Shown here: positions 29,328 through 41,890 of the stretch, one piece after another
Numbering within the stretch: position 1 is the first letter of the stretch
How the letters are laid out: the number at the start of each line of letters is the position of its first letter
Source of the DNA: Octopus sinensis
Lineage: Eukaryota
NCBI RefSeq assembly: GCF_006345805.1
Contig: NC_043005.1
Location: 83,514,001 to 83,578,000, forward strand
DNA length: 64,000 nucleotides
Reading direction: 5' to 3'
Position numbers and translations under genes: made by a program
The notes under the pieces: model-generated
What the model was told of the DNA's origin: nothing
The model's input: only the letters and a program-made list of their open reading frames with translations
The model's database searches: none

Positions 29328-29620
29328 TTGAAAGATAAGATAATCCCTGCAAAATTTAAATACGACAGGTTCTTTCAGTTATTGAACAGAGAACAAAAAA
29401 AAAATTCAACGAAAGCAGGTCAACGAGGAGATACTACGTGGTCGCTCGACATGCTAGAAATTGCAGTCAAATCGCAATTGATGAAGGTTACGTTGGATGT
29501 CACGGTAGTGAAACATTGTCCCCTCAAAATCAACAGGATGGTTTCATCTGGAATGCCTTTAACCATAGATTCGTTCGATCAGCGTTAACGTGGGTGTTAG
29601 ACAACACCGTGTTGTCATGA
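29328..29620 (+). mobile_element. Possible decayed piggyBac-like transposase fragment
   Basis: Peptide RRYY...QIAIDEGYVGCHG has the IDExxxGxxG spacing of the first catalytic Asp region of piggyBac transposases. Similarity is short and judged by eye only. Confidence 0.35.
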
Positions 29621-30812
29621 GTTATTTCGGAGTTTAAATATGCAATGATGGGGGTAGCAAAAATAAAATAGGTCTCGAGTACGAACCAGATAAGCAATAA
29701 TAACAATGGATTTAGAGTTTTAAACCCGAATTATAATCTTTCCAGAGAATTGTTTTAAAACATAATATAATAGAGGGTGATGTTTGTGTGTGCATAGGTA
29801 CTGAACATAAACCATTACAGAATTATAGAATTCATTCAAACTAGACAAACAGTAATGAACATATTTAAATCACTCGAATTTCGAGATTATATTGTAGTCA
29901 GTCGATAAGAGGCAGGAAGGGAGAGTTTGACACATGAAGCAGTCAGGTAGGGTATATCATAGAGAGAGATAAAAATAGAGCTAGTTATGTACATAAATAT
30001 AGCCCAAAGAGGTGTGTACAGTTAGGAAAGGTGGACAGACAAGACAAGCAATATACACACAGGTACATCTGGAAGTTTAGGCACATACGAGCACGGGCTC
30101 CCTGAATTCCACTAACATTTTTCTCTCACGCATTTTTATACAGAAGTTGTTGAGTCTGTACGTAAATATCGACCTCCAGTGCAAAACTAAAGCGACAAGA
30201 TAACATGCTAATCATCTCATTTACAAAATAAATCATCAATTGTACATAAATGACTAACAGTCACACGTATAGCGTAAATGATAATTCACTAGTCTGTGAT
30301 AATTAAGACGAATTAAAGTGACTTAATTACCGTTCTATAGGTAATTTTATAAAGGATAAAAAAACACAATGCTTTAGAATTTTCGTAGACATTCAGGAGC
30401 TGTCTATGTGATCCCTTCTGTTAGAACCGAAGGTCGTATGTGTAACATTAGAATTCAGGGAGTTTAATTAATGGTGGTTTGAATTGGCAAGACTCAATTA
30501 AATGAGGGTGGAAGCCTGTGAAAAGAAAGCTAACGTTTCAGGAAGGACCTCTTTTTATATAAAAAGGATATTCTAAAATGAAGGTACCTGGAATGCCAGT
30601 GTTTCTCTTCTACATCAACGTAACTCAATTAAAAATCTGTGGCTATTTCCAACGAACAGTGAAGCAATTAAGAGGAACTGGATTAATATAATCTAGAATC
30701 AAAGATGAGTGATATGGCTTATATGTATGTATTCAGTTATATTAAGGCAAATAGGTAAAACAGAACTCAAAATATGAGTATATGAATATTTTTATTAATA
30801 TTTAGTGGAAGT

Positions 30813-30863
30813 AACAGAGTGACTCGAGATCCGAGAGTTTCGTGCGTTAGCACTTATCAAACT
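30813..30863 (-). ncRNA. Predicted minimal type I hammerhead ribozyme (U3-A8 core variant), left copy
   Basis: Minus strand reads agt TTGATAA gtgc-taac-gcac GAAAC tc..ga GTC act: 4-bp stem II, 4-bp stem III (ACTC/GAGT), GUC triplet and 3-bp proximal stem I. Confidence 0.6.
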
Positions 30864-30916
30864 AGTTTGATAAGTGCTAAACACACGAAACTCTCGGCCC
30901 TTGGGTCACTCTGTTG
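30864..30916 (+). ncRNA. Predicted minimal type I hammerhead ribozyme (U3-A8 core variant), right copy
   Basis: agt TTGATAA(30867-30873) gtg-ctaaaca-cac GAAAC(30887-30891) tc..gg GTC(30905-30907) act. Confidence 0.55.
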
Positions 30917-31437
30917 CTTCTGCTAAATATTAAGGTAAAATTTTCGTGTAATATATATATATATATTACATATTTGTAATGACAGGTAAGCTAACGAAGG
31001 AGGGTATACGTGGTCATTTGAAGCTAGAAATAACAGCCAAATCTTTCACCGAATTAAAAAAAAAGAAAAGAGATGTATTAGTTATTGTAGCTTTTGATAA
31101 GCTACTTGGGAAAAAAAAAGAAACGTACAAAAAAAATGACGGTAAACTGAAGACTGGACCCATTTTTGGTAATATAGATGTTGTAATGGGACTGATCGGG
31201 TCGGAGACGGGGGCCAAACCAGAACAAATGGGATTTTTTTTCTTCTTTTTAATAGACAAAAAAAAAACAGAATAACGATGAAAAATAAAACAGAACGGAC
31301 AGATAAATCATATGAAATACTAAGCATGACATACCTTATTGGAAGGAGTTCGTTTCAATATTAATCCTCTCCAGTAAAAGTGTTGTTACATGATTCAATA
31401 ACAACAGCTGCTGATCTGAACTGAAAACATCTCAGTG

Positions 31438-31501
31438 GCCATCTTGGACAAATGACGTCACACGCTGCTGGCGTCAACGGGGCGGGGGAGTAGACTTCCG
31501 G
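31438..31501. promoter_or_regulatory. Compact housekeeping-type, probably bidirectional promoter
   Basis: Within 64 bp: YY1-like GCCATCTTG 31438-31446, full CRE TGACGTCA 31453-31460, half CRE CGTCA 31472-31476, GC box GGGGCGGGGG 31479-31488 and ETS ACTTCCGG 31494-31501. The surrounding region retains CpGs. Confidence 0.7.
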
Positions 31502-31984
31502 TTAGCACGGCCACCTTTTGCTACGTTATTCTCTCCCTTCTCTTCATCATTCGCCTGAATTTTTCTTCCTCTTACTACTACCATTACTAGCATATTACTT
31601 CTATATTCTCTTCTTCTCCTCGTTTCTCTCCTTAATCTCCCTCCTACCACGACTACATCTATATTCTCTCCCCTTCTTTTTATTCTCTCCCTTTTCCTCA
31701 TGTACTTCCGTGACCCTCTTCCTCCTCCTACTTCATCCCTCTCTTTATCTAGTTGCCTCTCTCTCTCTCTTTCTATCTCTCCCTTTCGCTCTCTTTCCAT
31801 CTCTCTAACCTGTGAATTCTTTATTTTGATCTCGTTCTCCTATCATTGTTATTGTAATTATAATCCTTGTTTTTGTAACTGATTTTTTTAATTATTTTAT
31901 ACTGGGACCAAAAGGCAAGAGAGACAGACATGTATATATAGAGTCCCATAGCATCGATCCTCAATTAAATACTTCTACTGCTAC

Positions 31985-32229
31985 CTACTTACTATCGATC
32001 CCCTCGCAGGATTATAACCATAGGTAAACTCACAGAGCCACCTTCCAGTGGTTCTGACCATCAAAGAAACAGTCAGATCTCTCCCTCGCTCTTTCTCTCT
32101 TACAGCGATCATCTTCCAGTCCAGCAGCTTTTCTCTCCACTCGTAATAATTTAAATGACTCACTAATTGTTTTGATGTATCAATGGTTTTAATTACACCA
32201 GGTGAGTTGCCACAAACGTGGGACATCAT
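31985..32229 (-). mobile_element. Decayed CR1/Jockey-like RT fragment
   Basis: ORF IKTIDTSKQLVSH..REKLLDW..WLCEFTYGYNPARGSIV resembles the RT stretch LDISKAFDxVxH..GKLLDWI..SGVPQGSVL. Confidence 0.45.
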
Positions 32230-34265
32230 CCCCGTAAATGTATAAATAATCTGCTTGTTTGCCTTTCTTAACGATATACAGTCGTTTCTTAAACTATTTC
32301 AGTTCTCAACGCTAATTCTTAAACATCATACCAACAAAAATTTAAATGCTGTCAATTTAAGTTTAAAAAGACATTATATTGAGGATCAAAAATTGTTTTG
32401 AATTTCCGGAAAATTCTTCCAATAATTTTATAATTTCCTTGTATCTCTTTTTCTGTTTAATATATTTTTTCAGATCTAAAAGTCCAAGAGTATAAAACTT
32501 CCCCAGTAGTCCCTTAAACTTTTTTCATACAATATTTAAAACTTCCCCCGGCCAACAGACTTCTAATTAATTACACAGCCAATTGATGAAGTATATTTTA
32601 ATTAACTGAAGTAACATTATCATTTTTTAAGAAACAGTTTTTTTATATAATAAACTTTTAAATTATTTAAATTTTTGTTAACTTCATAAGCCTTAACACC
32701 ATGCACAATTTTGATTGAAATAACGAAATTAACAATTTAATTAATACTTTAAGATAATTTCTATACTGTTGTTATTCGGAAATATAGCTGTCTTTATGCC
32801 TTTGTCCTTATTTGGTCCCAGATCAGTCCTGACCGAGCAAACATGATCAAAAATTTTGCAACCAGGAGTTTATATATTACCGAGTGTCCTACGTGAGGGC
32901 TACGCTTGGCTGCACACCAAGCAAATATCCTAACTTCATCATACCTATTAAGTCCATTCTATAATTCAATCGTGCACCGTAATGGAAAACTAATTTTCTG
33001 GCCCCTCTTATGAAATATTGGGGTATCTTCGTTTTTATGGTCCTTAATTGTTTTACAAAAAACTTTGAAGTAACCTTTGTACACAAATCTCTTAAGAAAT
33101 TGTGCCAATCGATGTATTTGAATCACTACATATATACTTTTGAGAAAGCTCTTGACACCAACCTACCTAAGACCGGCTTGGGTTCTCTGGTACAGTTTTT
33201 TTGTTTACCAAGTGATTTAAATTAAACCGTCCATGAAAATTTCAGTTAATTTATGTTCCAAGCACCAGCTTAATGATGACAAAGTTACTTTACTAAATTT
33301 TTCATTATTGTCAAAATTAGTTGAAACAAAAGCAGTTAATTTGAACAAAACCAATGGTAACGAAGGATTTAATGACAAATGCCAATGAGTGAAAAAAGAA
33401 CAAAAAAAAAAACAAAAGATAATGAATGGTTCTCAATGTTCTTTGTGATATTAGTTGACCATGCCCTCCTTCTACACTGTTCATGCGCACAACTGTGGTG
33501 CTATACCATTCAACCTAATCCAAGAGAGTATAGGAGAATCAAAGTTGCCCACCCACCCTAGGTCTGTTTTCTTATAACTTTCTTTAAAAAAATCATATTT
33601 TAATGGAAATTTTCCATATATATATATTTTAGATGGATATCAGGGGAAAATTGAAAAGAAAATCTTTTTTGAGAACTTTTGGATAATTCCTACTTTTTCT
33701 CAATTCTTAATAAGATTCTCCAGAGATATATTTTGTATGCTGTACAAACATGTTTTTACCTTTTAGAGGATCATACTTTTAATGCATTATTATTTTTTGC
33801 TTTTCTTATGAAATTTTCCAGAGATACATTTTCAAATCATACTCTACAACCTCAAAAGCGTATCTCTGAAAAGTTTTGCTGTATCCACCCAAAATTATAC
33901 TGCGATTATTTTATTTTTACATGTTGATCAGCTGAAGATTTTTTCATATAAATTTTAAATGTGCTTTTATTATATAACGATGTTAATTTGACAAATAAAC
34001 AAATCATTTTAACACTAATTTGTATGTTTTAAGGGACTATTTGAATAATATAAGCTCACTAAGTAGGGATTAACCTAGGATTTGGAAAGCTTAATATTAT
34101 GAAGAACTGTTCATGATATTTTGCTCTTCGTTGTAATGTAGTCCAATGGCTTAATTATGCTTGAAATAAACTTTTTTTCATATGCTTTTGTTTTAATACA
34201 CCCAGCAGGCAATATTTATTCTAAGACAACCTTATTTTTAACTCTAATTTCAGACAGAAGAGCAA

Positions 34266-35123
34266 ATGGATGATAAGTGCTGGACGTCCCCTAACAATTC
34301 TATCTCTAAAGAAATTCTAAAATTTGGATCTGGTTTAGCAAGGCCTACTGATGGAAGTATTTGCATTGTTTCCATATCCCATATTGGTGGGGCTGCTTTA
34401 AACAAAGATTCTCTTGGGTATGGCTTAGGAGAAAATGTTAAAATACAAATTGGAGAGGGAGATACCATTTATGGAGAGCTTATTGATGAATGTTTAGAAT
34501 CTATGAAACTAGACGAATGCTGTGAAGCAACATTTCATATACTTTTAGAGTCATCAAAAGACTCTTGTGATCAACTTGAAAAATATAAATTACAATTAGA
34601 ATTACATAAGTTTGAAAATCCAACAAATAGTTGGGAAATGACCATAGAGGAGAAACTGGCTGTTGCTATGCATCATCGGAAGAAAGGGTCTGAGCTTTTC
34701 AAGGCAGGTAATATAGAGTTTGCCTTTAAGCGTTATAGAAAAGCATTGAAATATGTAATAACTATAGACTCAGATGACGAAATGCCTGAAGATGTGAGAA
34801 CTGAATACCAGAACTTGAAATCTACTCTGTTTGTTAATATTTCTCTCTGTCAGAGTAAATATGAAAGCAATGACTTTGTAATTGCAAACTGTACGTCTGC
34901 GTTGGTTGTTGATAAAAATAATGTGAAAGCCCTTTATCATCGAGCACAAGCACAACTAAACACCAGGGACCTTGATCGAGCTTTGGCTGATATAAAAGCT
35001 GGTTTGGAACTTGAACCAAATAACCAAGTATTTCTTAAATTACAAAAAATAGTTAATTCCAAACTGAAAGTACATACTGACCAAATGAAGAAGGCCATGA
35101 CAAAAATGTTCTTGCAGAATTAG
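34266..35123 (+). CDS. FKBPL: FK506-binding protein-like protein (degenerate FKBP domain + 3 TPR), single coding exon, 285 aa
   Basis: Intact ORF. IGEGDTIYGELIDECLESM and NSWEMTIEEK..KKGSELFKAGN match my recollection of vertebrate FKBPL. TPR motifs NVKALYHRAQA and LELEPNNQ, plus C-terminal MTKMF. Acceptor TTTCAG at about 34253 and AATAAA at 35143-35148. Confidence 0.85.
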   Translation: MDDKCWTSPNNSISKEILKFGSGLARPTDGSICIVSISHIGGAALNKDSLGYGLGENVKIQIGEGDTIYGELIDECLESMKLDECCEATFHILLESSKDSCDQLEKYKLQLELHKFENPTNSWEMTIEEKLAVAMHHRKKGSELFKAGNIEFAFKRYRKALKYVITIDSDDEMPEDVRTEYQNLKSTLFVNISLCQSKYESNDFVIANCTSALVVDKNNVKALYHRAQAQLNTRDLDRALADIKAGLELEPNNQVFLKLQKIVNSKLKVHTDQMKKAMTKMFLQN

Positions 35124-37454
35124 ATCCTTGGGATCTTGTTTAAATAAACAACACTAAATTTCTCTCTCATCAAAATTTTTTTGTTATCCAACTATGGCAG
35201 TCAGAAGGCCAAAAGTTTAAATTGTTAAAAATAGTTATTAAAACTGGATTACTTTACCAAAGATTAACTGTTTTAATCTTTTTGTTACTGTATTTAAGCT
35301 GAACTACACTACCTTTGGACCAATTAATTTTTTAAATAATGAAAAATTTAATAAAATAACTTAATTGTAATTAAGCTTGTGTTTGGAACAAATTAGCATT
35401 AAATTTGAAAGATTTTAATTTAGATCACTTTAAAGCAGGAAGTTTGTTTAAAAAGCCAGAGAGTTAAGGCAGGTTGGTATCAAAAGGGTTAAACTATGAT
35501 GAAGGTTGATTCAAATTTATCTTTGTTTCAAAATGAATCAATTTCATAAACCACATCTTGTTTTACTAAATCCCACCAAGCTTAAAAATTCTGCCTATTT
35601 TCTTCAATAAAATTAATTATTAATTACTAAATACTTAATTTGAGAGTTACTGGAGTACCTAACTCAACGCATTACATCTCCCTATCTCTCTTTCTCATGT
35701 AAATTTTCCACAGTCACTGTTTGTTAATTAGTTGCTTTTTAAACTTAAAAATGAATAGTTCTTGATAAGAATTGTTTGGATGTAATCACTACATTCTATT
35801 TTTTTTCTGTATAGCTTTGACTTTTCATCAGGAAGTGGAAAACAATGCAGATTAATAAGAATTTAAATGAAAATTAAAAGGGACAAAAATAGAAATTTTG
35901 CCTTAAAAGAAAATCATTATAACAATGTGACTGAAAGAGTCATTAGTTTCAGATACTTTCAACACACCTGTATCACCTGCATGAGATCTTGCCATATTTC
36001 TATTGAATATACAGAACTCTCTCCTGTGATAATTTCATTCATCCAGATTGTTGAAAGAATCTGTGTTGCTGTGTTGTGTTTTTATTCATCATATACATAA
36101 GTAAAATAGATTAATAAATTCAGGCAGATATCTATAAAACACTCCGTGTTAAATGAATTTCGTTAATTATATCTAACGATCAGATACCAATAAATGCAAG
36201 GAGAATGAACATCCACGGTGATTCTTCATGTATGACAAGTTACTGAGGATACGGTTTTCATTGTCTTCCTTACTTTTTTATTTTTCCAGTTTAAAAACAT
36301 CTTCAAAAAGTTTTCAGCTTCTATTTGGTTAGTCGATCAAAATTTTTCAACTCACTATATTACATATGTGAATTTGAGACCCTATCATACTTATACTTAA
36401 AATATAGGACACTCCCTTGAGATAGTTTCCTCTAAACCATATTGTTTACAATTGATACAAATGTTATATAACACCTTGGGCAAGTTGTCTTCTATAACCA
36501 CAGACTGATCAAACCTTTGCAAATGCAAGTGGTGAACAGAACTGAAAGAAGCTCATTGTAATTATGTGTCTCCTTGTCGTAACATCACATTACAATTGTT
36601 AGCAAGTGTCACTATCATAGAGACAGCTTGTTTGTTTCCAGTCTTCCATGAAAATATGTCTACCAAAGAAGAAATTTTACTTTGCTTAAAAATCATTGAG
36701 GGTTAGTGAGAGGTGGAGCATCTGGCCATAGAAAATCTGCCTCGGTGTATTCTGTCTGACCCATGCAAGCATGGAAAAGTGGATGTTAAAATGATGACTG
36801 ATAGATACCATCATCACTTGATATCCATTTCCAATGCTAGCTTGGACTGAACGATTTGACACAATCCCATGAGCCACAGAGTTGCATCAAGCTCCAATGT
36901 CATCATTGGCATGGTTTCAATGACTTGATGCCCTTCCTAATGCTAACCGCTTTACAGAGTGTACTGGGTACTTTGTTCACACCATTGGCACTAGTGAGGT
37001 TGCCAAGTAGCTTGCAAGATAGCAAAAGAACAGAATAAAGTCCCTCAACTAAAGAGGGGAGGTGGCTTTATGCCAGATGTTGAGAGAAGCACAAGTGTTA
37101 GAGAGATATAGTTACTTCACATTATAAAAGATGGGTTGCCAGAGCAAACTTTTATGGTACATGAAGGTAAGCATAAGAAAGGATTCAAACAGTGGATGAG
37201 AGGGGAGAAATATGGTGGTAGGAGTGAATGTAGTGAGTGATGAACAGGGGTGGAGGTATAGTTGATGGGAAACACCAGTAGGGAGAGAGGGTAAGAGAGA
37301 TAGAAATGGCTTAGGAAGGAGGACAGAGCAGAAAGTGGTGATAATATGCAAGCTGTAGGAGCAATAAGGAGAGAGATGTAGAGATGCATAAGGTTGACCA
37401 TAGTGAGGGAGGTGTGATGGCAGATATAAGAAGTGTTATATCTGGCAGATATAA

Positions 37455-37686
37455 GGCGGTGAGCTGGCAGAAACGTTAGCACGCTGGGCGAAATGCGTAG
37501 CCGTATTTCGTCTGCCGTTACGTTCTGGGTTCAAATTCTGCCGAGGTCGACTTTGCCTTTCATCCTTTCGGGGTCGATAACTTAAGTACCAGTTACGCAC
37601 TGGGGTCGATATAATCGACTTAATACCTATGTCTGTCCTTGTTTGTCCCCTCTGTGTTTAGCCCCTTGTGGGTAGTAAAGAAATAG
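37455..37686 (+). mobile_element. SINE family B, full length
   Basis: GGCGGTGAGCTGGCAGAAACGTTAGCACG...GCCCCTTGTGGGTAGTAAAGAAATAG, collinear with 42610-42840. Confidence 0.85.
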
Positions 37687-38163
37687 ATATAAGAAGTGTT
37701 AAGGTGGAGTATGGCAGAGGAGAGGAAGAGATAACTGAAGGCACAGAAAGGAGTTGATTGGTGAAAATAATGCAAGAGGAAAAAGGATGATAAGAATGAG
37801 GGATAGACATGGTGCTGGGGAGGGTGCATAATATGTGCTGATTCTGTTCTCAAGTGATTACAGCAGCTGAGCAGTGTCAGAAATAGAGGAGGGATGGAAC
37901 TTAGTGGGATCATCAATGCTTTATCATCTCCCCTCTTTTCTACCTCTCCTGTCAAACCTTTTTTTCCCACCCATTCACCATGCTTGATTGCTAAATTCAC
38001 AAGTTTTTTATTCTCTCTCTGTTTATTTTCTCTTATTCCTTTCTGTTGAAGAGCATAGGCTCGAAATGGAAAAGACTTTCTCACTTTCCCAAGTGTCAAA
38101 CTAATACACCTGTCCTCATCTTTTGTTTTTTCTGTAAACTTCAACTATATGTGTGTGTGTGTG

Positions 38164-39357
38164 TATCAGGATATCCCATAAGTTCTGTCCGAATTTTGAA
38201 TAAAGAAAACAAGTGATCAAATGTTATATTTAATTGAAATTTAATCATCAATGTACTTTCCCTGATTATCTATGACTTCCTTCCATCTATTTACAAGCTT
38301 TTTAATGCCATCAATGTAGAACTCTTTTGGTTTCAAAGCGAAGAACTCTGAAATGTCAATTTTGACCTCCACCTGGCTTGCGAAAGTTATGTCCCCCAAA
38401 TGATTCTGTAAACTACAAAACAAATGGTAGTCTGAAGGAGCAAGATCAGGAGAATAAGGTGGATGAGGAATTTTTTCCCAACCAAGCTCTTCGATCTTCT
38501 GTGATGTGATCTTTGCAGTGTGGTGTCGAGCATTGTCCTGATGAAACATCATTCCTTTTCGATTCACTAAAGAGGATCTTTTTTTCTTCAAAGCTTGGTT
38601 CAAATGCTCTAATTGATGACAGTAGACTTGAGCATTGGTTGTTGCATTAGGTGGTAACAATTCAAAATGAATTACTCCTTTGCAATCCCACCAGATAGAG
38701 AGAAGAACCTTTTTCCCATGAAGTTCCCTTCTCAGTTGTGGTTGAGCTTTTTCCCGTTTACCAAGCCACTGTTTACGACATTTAACATTTCAATAGAAGA
38801 TCCATTTTTCGTCACAAGTTTATACAAAAAGGATGAAATGAGTTCATGACAATGGAGAGAAGAGCAGATGTCAACTTTGGATTTGCGATTGCTTTCACCC
38901 ATTTTCCAAGTTGTTGAAGATGACGATGAACAGTTGTATGGTTTGAACTAAACTTTATTGCCAATTCTTCAACTGATAATGCAGGATTTTCTTCAAGTAA
39001 TGCCTCAAGGAGCTTATCAAACTCAACTGGATGTCCTGTGTGATCTTCATCTTCACGGCTGAAATCTCCACTTCTGAATTTTGCAAACCATCTTCTGCAT
39101 GTTCTTTCATTCAAGCATTCTTTGCCATAAACTGAGTGTATGTTTCAAGTTACTTCGGCTGCAGAGTTTCCTTTTTTTGTACTCATAAAGCATTATGTGC
39201 CTCAAATGCTCTTTGGATACTTACATGTTAGAAAGAGTTTTAATCAAAGAAATCTTAATTCTATTATTCTGTAAAATAATATTTAATTAAATAATATTAA
39301 ATTTCATTCAATATTAAAAAAGGCAAAATCAGACAGAACTTCTGGAATGACCTGATA
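38164..39357 (-). mobile_element. Mariner (D,D34D) transposon, both TIRs present, transposase broken
   Basis: About 34-bp imperfect TIRs (TATCAGGATATCCCATAAGTTCTGTCCGAATTTTG and CAAAATCAGACAGAACTTCTGGAATGACCTGATA) with TA ends. Motifs CDEKW, FHQDNARHH and YSPDLAPSDYHLF. Frameshifts, and a deletion at the WVPHEL linker. Confidence 0.95.
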
Positions 39358-39427
39358 TGTGTGTGTGCATATATGGGTACAGGATGTCACCAACTGTGTG
39401 AACAACATGAAATACAAAAACAAATGA

Positions 39428-39806
39428 GGCGCAGGAGTGGCTATGTGGTAAGTAGCTTGCTAACCAACCACATGGTTCTGGGTTCAGTCCCACTGCGTGG
39501 CATCTTGGGCAAGTGTCTTCTGCTATAGCCCTGGGCCGACCAATACCTTGTGAGTGGATTTGGTAGACGGAAACTGAAAGAAGCCTGTCGTATATATGTA
39601 TATATATATGTGTGTGTGTTTGTCCCCCTAGCATTGCTTGACAACCGATGCTGGTGTGTTTACGTCCCCGTCACTTAGTGGTTCGGCAAAAGAGACCGAT
39701 AGAATAAGTACTGGGCTTACAAAGAATAAGTCCCGGGGTCGATTTGCTCGACTAAAGGCGGTGCTCCAGCATGGCCGCAGTCAAATGACTGAAACAAGTA
39801 AAAGAG
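39428..39806 (+). mobile_element. SINE family A, full length, young-looking
   Basis: GGCGCAGGAGTGGCTATGTGGTAAG head with a GGTTCAGTCCC B-box, then core, (TG)n and a tail ending GAAACAAGTAAAAGAG. CpGs retained. Confidence 0.9.
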
Positions 39807-40938
39807 TTAAATACGCAGATGAGAGAAAAAAAAATTGAAAACAGGACAAGTAAACACAGGGAATGATCCTTCATCAGTTGTTGGTTGTCTTTCTGCTCTT
39901 CATTTCAAGTATATATATAACACATATTTTTTTCTACCTTGATATAATTTTGGTTTTGCAACCTCTAGAGAGAGCACATGGCTCTGACAACCAGAAAAAT
40001 TTTGATTTTGACCTAGCATCTCCTTCAAGCTGACCCATATTCACTCTTTCAGATTATTTATGTATCAAACCAAAGTCCAAAATAAACCATCAGGTATTTA
40101 TAGATGTTGCAAAAAAAATTACAACATATCGGAGAATTTAGGAATTTTCTAATATATGAAAATATTTCCAACCCTTAGAGAAATCATACAGACTCGGTAA
40201 GTAAAGAATTGTAATTTTGACCAAGTTGATATTCAGTTAACTTTAGAGAAACTAGAAGAATCACATATCCCAATTGTCAAATCTCTAAAGTACCAGTTGA
40301 TTTATTCTAGATATATAGATTCATATATGCTGGCTGTAGTAGCCAAGTGGCAAAGATGTTGGACTTGAAACTCAATGGGTTAGACTTGTACAGGTTCAAA
40401 CCCTGACTGCAGTGATTATTCTATAGGTGCAGGCATGGTTGTGTGATTTAGAAGTTTATTTCCCAATCAGGTGTTATTGGGTTCAGTCCCACAACACAGC
40501 ACCTTAATCATGTGTCTTCTACAACCTCAGACTCACCACCACCAACAACAACATCTTTTACCACTTCTACTACTACTACAGACAAAATAATACACAGAAT
40601 TAACTCTACCGAGGTCGACTTTACCTTTCATCCTTTCAGGGGTCGATAAATTAAGTACCAGTTGCATACTGGGGTCGATCTAATCAACTGTCCCCCTCCC
40701 CCAAAATTTCAGGCCTTGTGCCAAGAGTAGAAAAGAATACACAGAAATTCTAGCTTATATCAGAGTTAAACTAAATAACACCACGTAATGTGACTGGTGC
40801 TCTACGATTTCTGTCACACGGCTGCTGCTAATAATAAACATAATACATATATACAGAAATATCATTTTTAATTGCTTATTCATTTGTGTAAAATATATAA
40901 ATTGTTTGCTTTAACTCTGGCATTGGTAGGAGTTCTGA

Positions 40939-41145
40939 TCAGTTGTTGAGTTGGCACAGCAAGGCAACACCTCTACAGATCCAATGATTCTGGGGTTTGT
41001 GTGTTGGCAGCATCATGGCAATGACAAAGTTGGTCGAATGGCCAGTAGTCGAAAGTGTTCCTCGACGCTCACTTGTCTTGTAAACTGGACACTTATAGCA
41101 GTGTTTTTCGGGCACCATATCTTTCTTAAGTGGTTTCAACCATAT
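40939..41145 (-). CDS. DNAH7: Axonemal dynein heavy chain, terminal coding exon (IWLKP...[11 protein letters not shown])
   Basis: tttttag acceptor. [39 protein letters not shown] is the C-terminus of single-headed inner-arm dyneins. DNAH7 is favoured over DNAH12/DNAH3 from memory. Confidence 0.92.
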   Translation of the reverse strand: MWLKPLKKDMVPEKHCYKCPVYKTSERRGTLSTTGHSTNFVIAMMLPTHKPQNHWICRGVALLCQLNN

Positions 41146-41890
41146 CTAAAAATATAATAATAATAATCATCAGCATCATAATCATCATCATTCATTCATC
41201 TTCGTTTAGCGTCCGCTTTCCATGCTAGCATGGGTTGGACGGTTCAACTGGGGTCTGGGAAGCCAGGAGGTTGCACCATAATAATTCGTTCGTTTATTGG
41301 CCACAAGGGCTAACAAAAATCAATTAAAACATAAAGGGACAAAACACAGGACGAAAGTTACAAAGGGTTTTGTCCGTTTGAAAAAGTCCGTGTACAAAAG
41401 CAGGATAACAACGAAATGTAAGTAACAATTAAAACTCCCAATAGGGGGAGGCGCTTCGAAAGGTTACTTGTAGAAAAACCCATAAAAGCCACGGGAGCCT
41501 GGTCAAAAGTTCTCTTTTTATATTTCCTTTTAATTTTCACAGGTGTATCCTCAGGATTAGTCCGTTCAAGATTGAAGTTACTCTTCACGAAAGTAAAGAA
41601 ACAGGAAGAAGAGGACACCTGTTATTGGTAATAAATAGAAATTGACTCTGTTTATTAAAATGAAAATGAAACGAATGAACAATATTTCGACACTGTGTGT
41701 ATCTTTTACAAGTTCAAAATATAAAATGAAAACAAATTCAAAAATAGGAAATGCTGAAACATTCAAAATTAAACTGGAATAGCTGCGTTTATTTCCAAGT
41801 CAGACGATGTCATCAGTCTTTCACAAAAGGTAGGCAAGAAAGAAAAAAAATCAAAAAGAAAGAAAAGAATTGGAGAAAAAAATTATTTGG

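Noticed and set aside
30525-30590. Minus-strand GAAACGTT preceded by an AT hairpin
   Set aside because: No recognisable 7-nt core or stem I.
39428-39500. tRNA-like heads as tRNA genes
   Set aside because: They continue into SINE cores and tails, and no complete cloverleaf could be formed.
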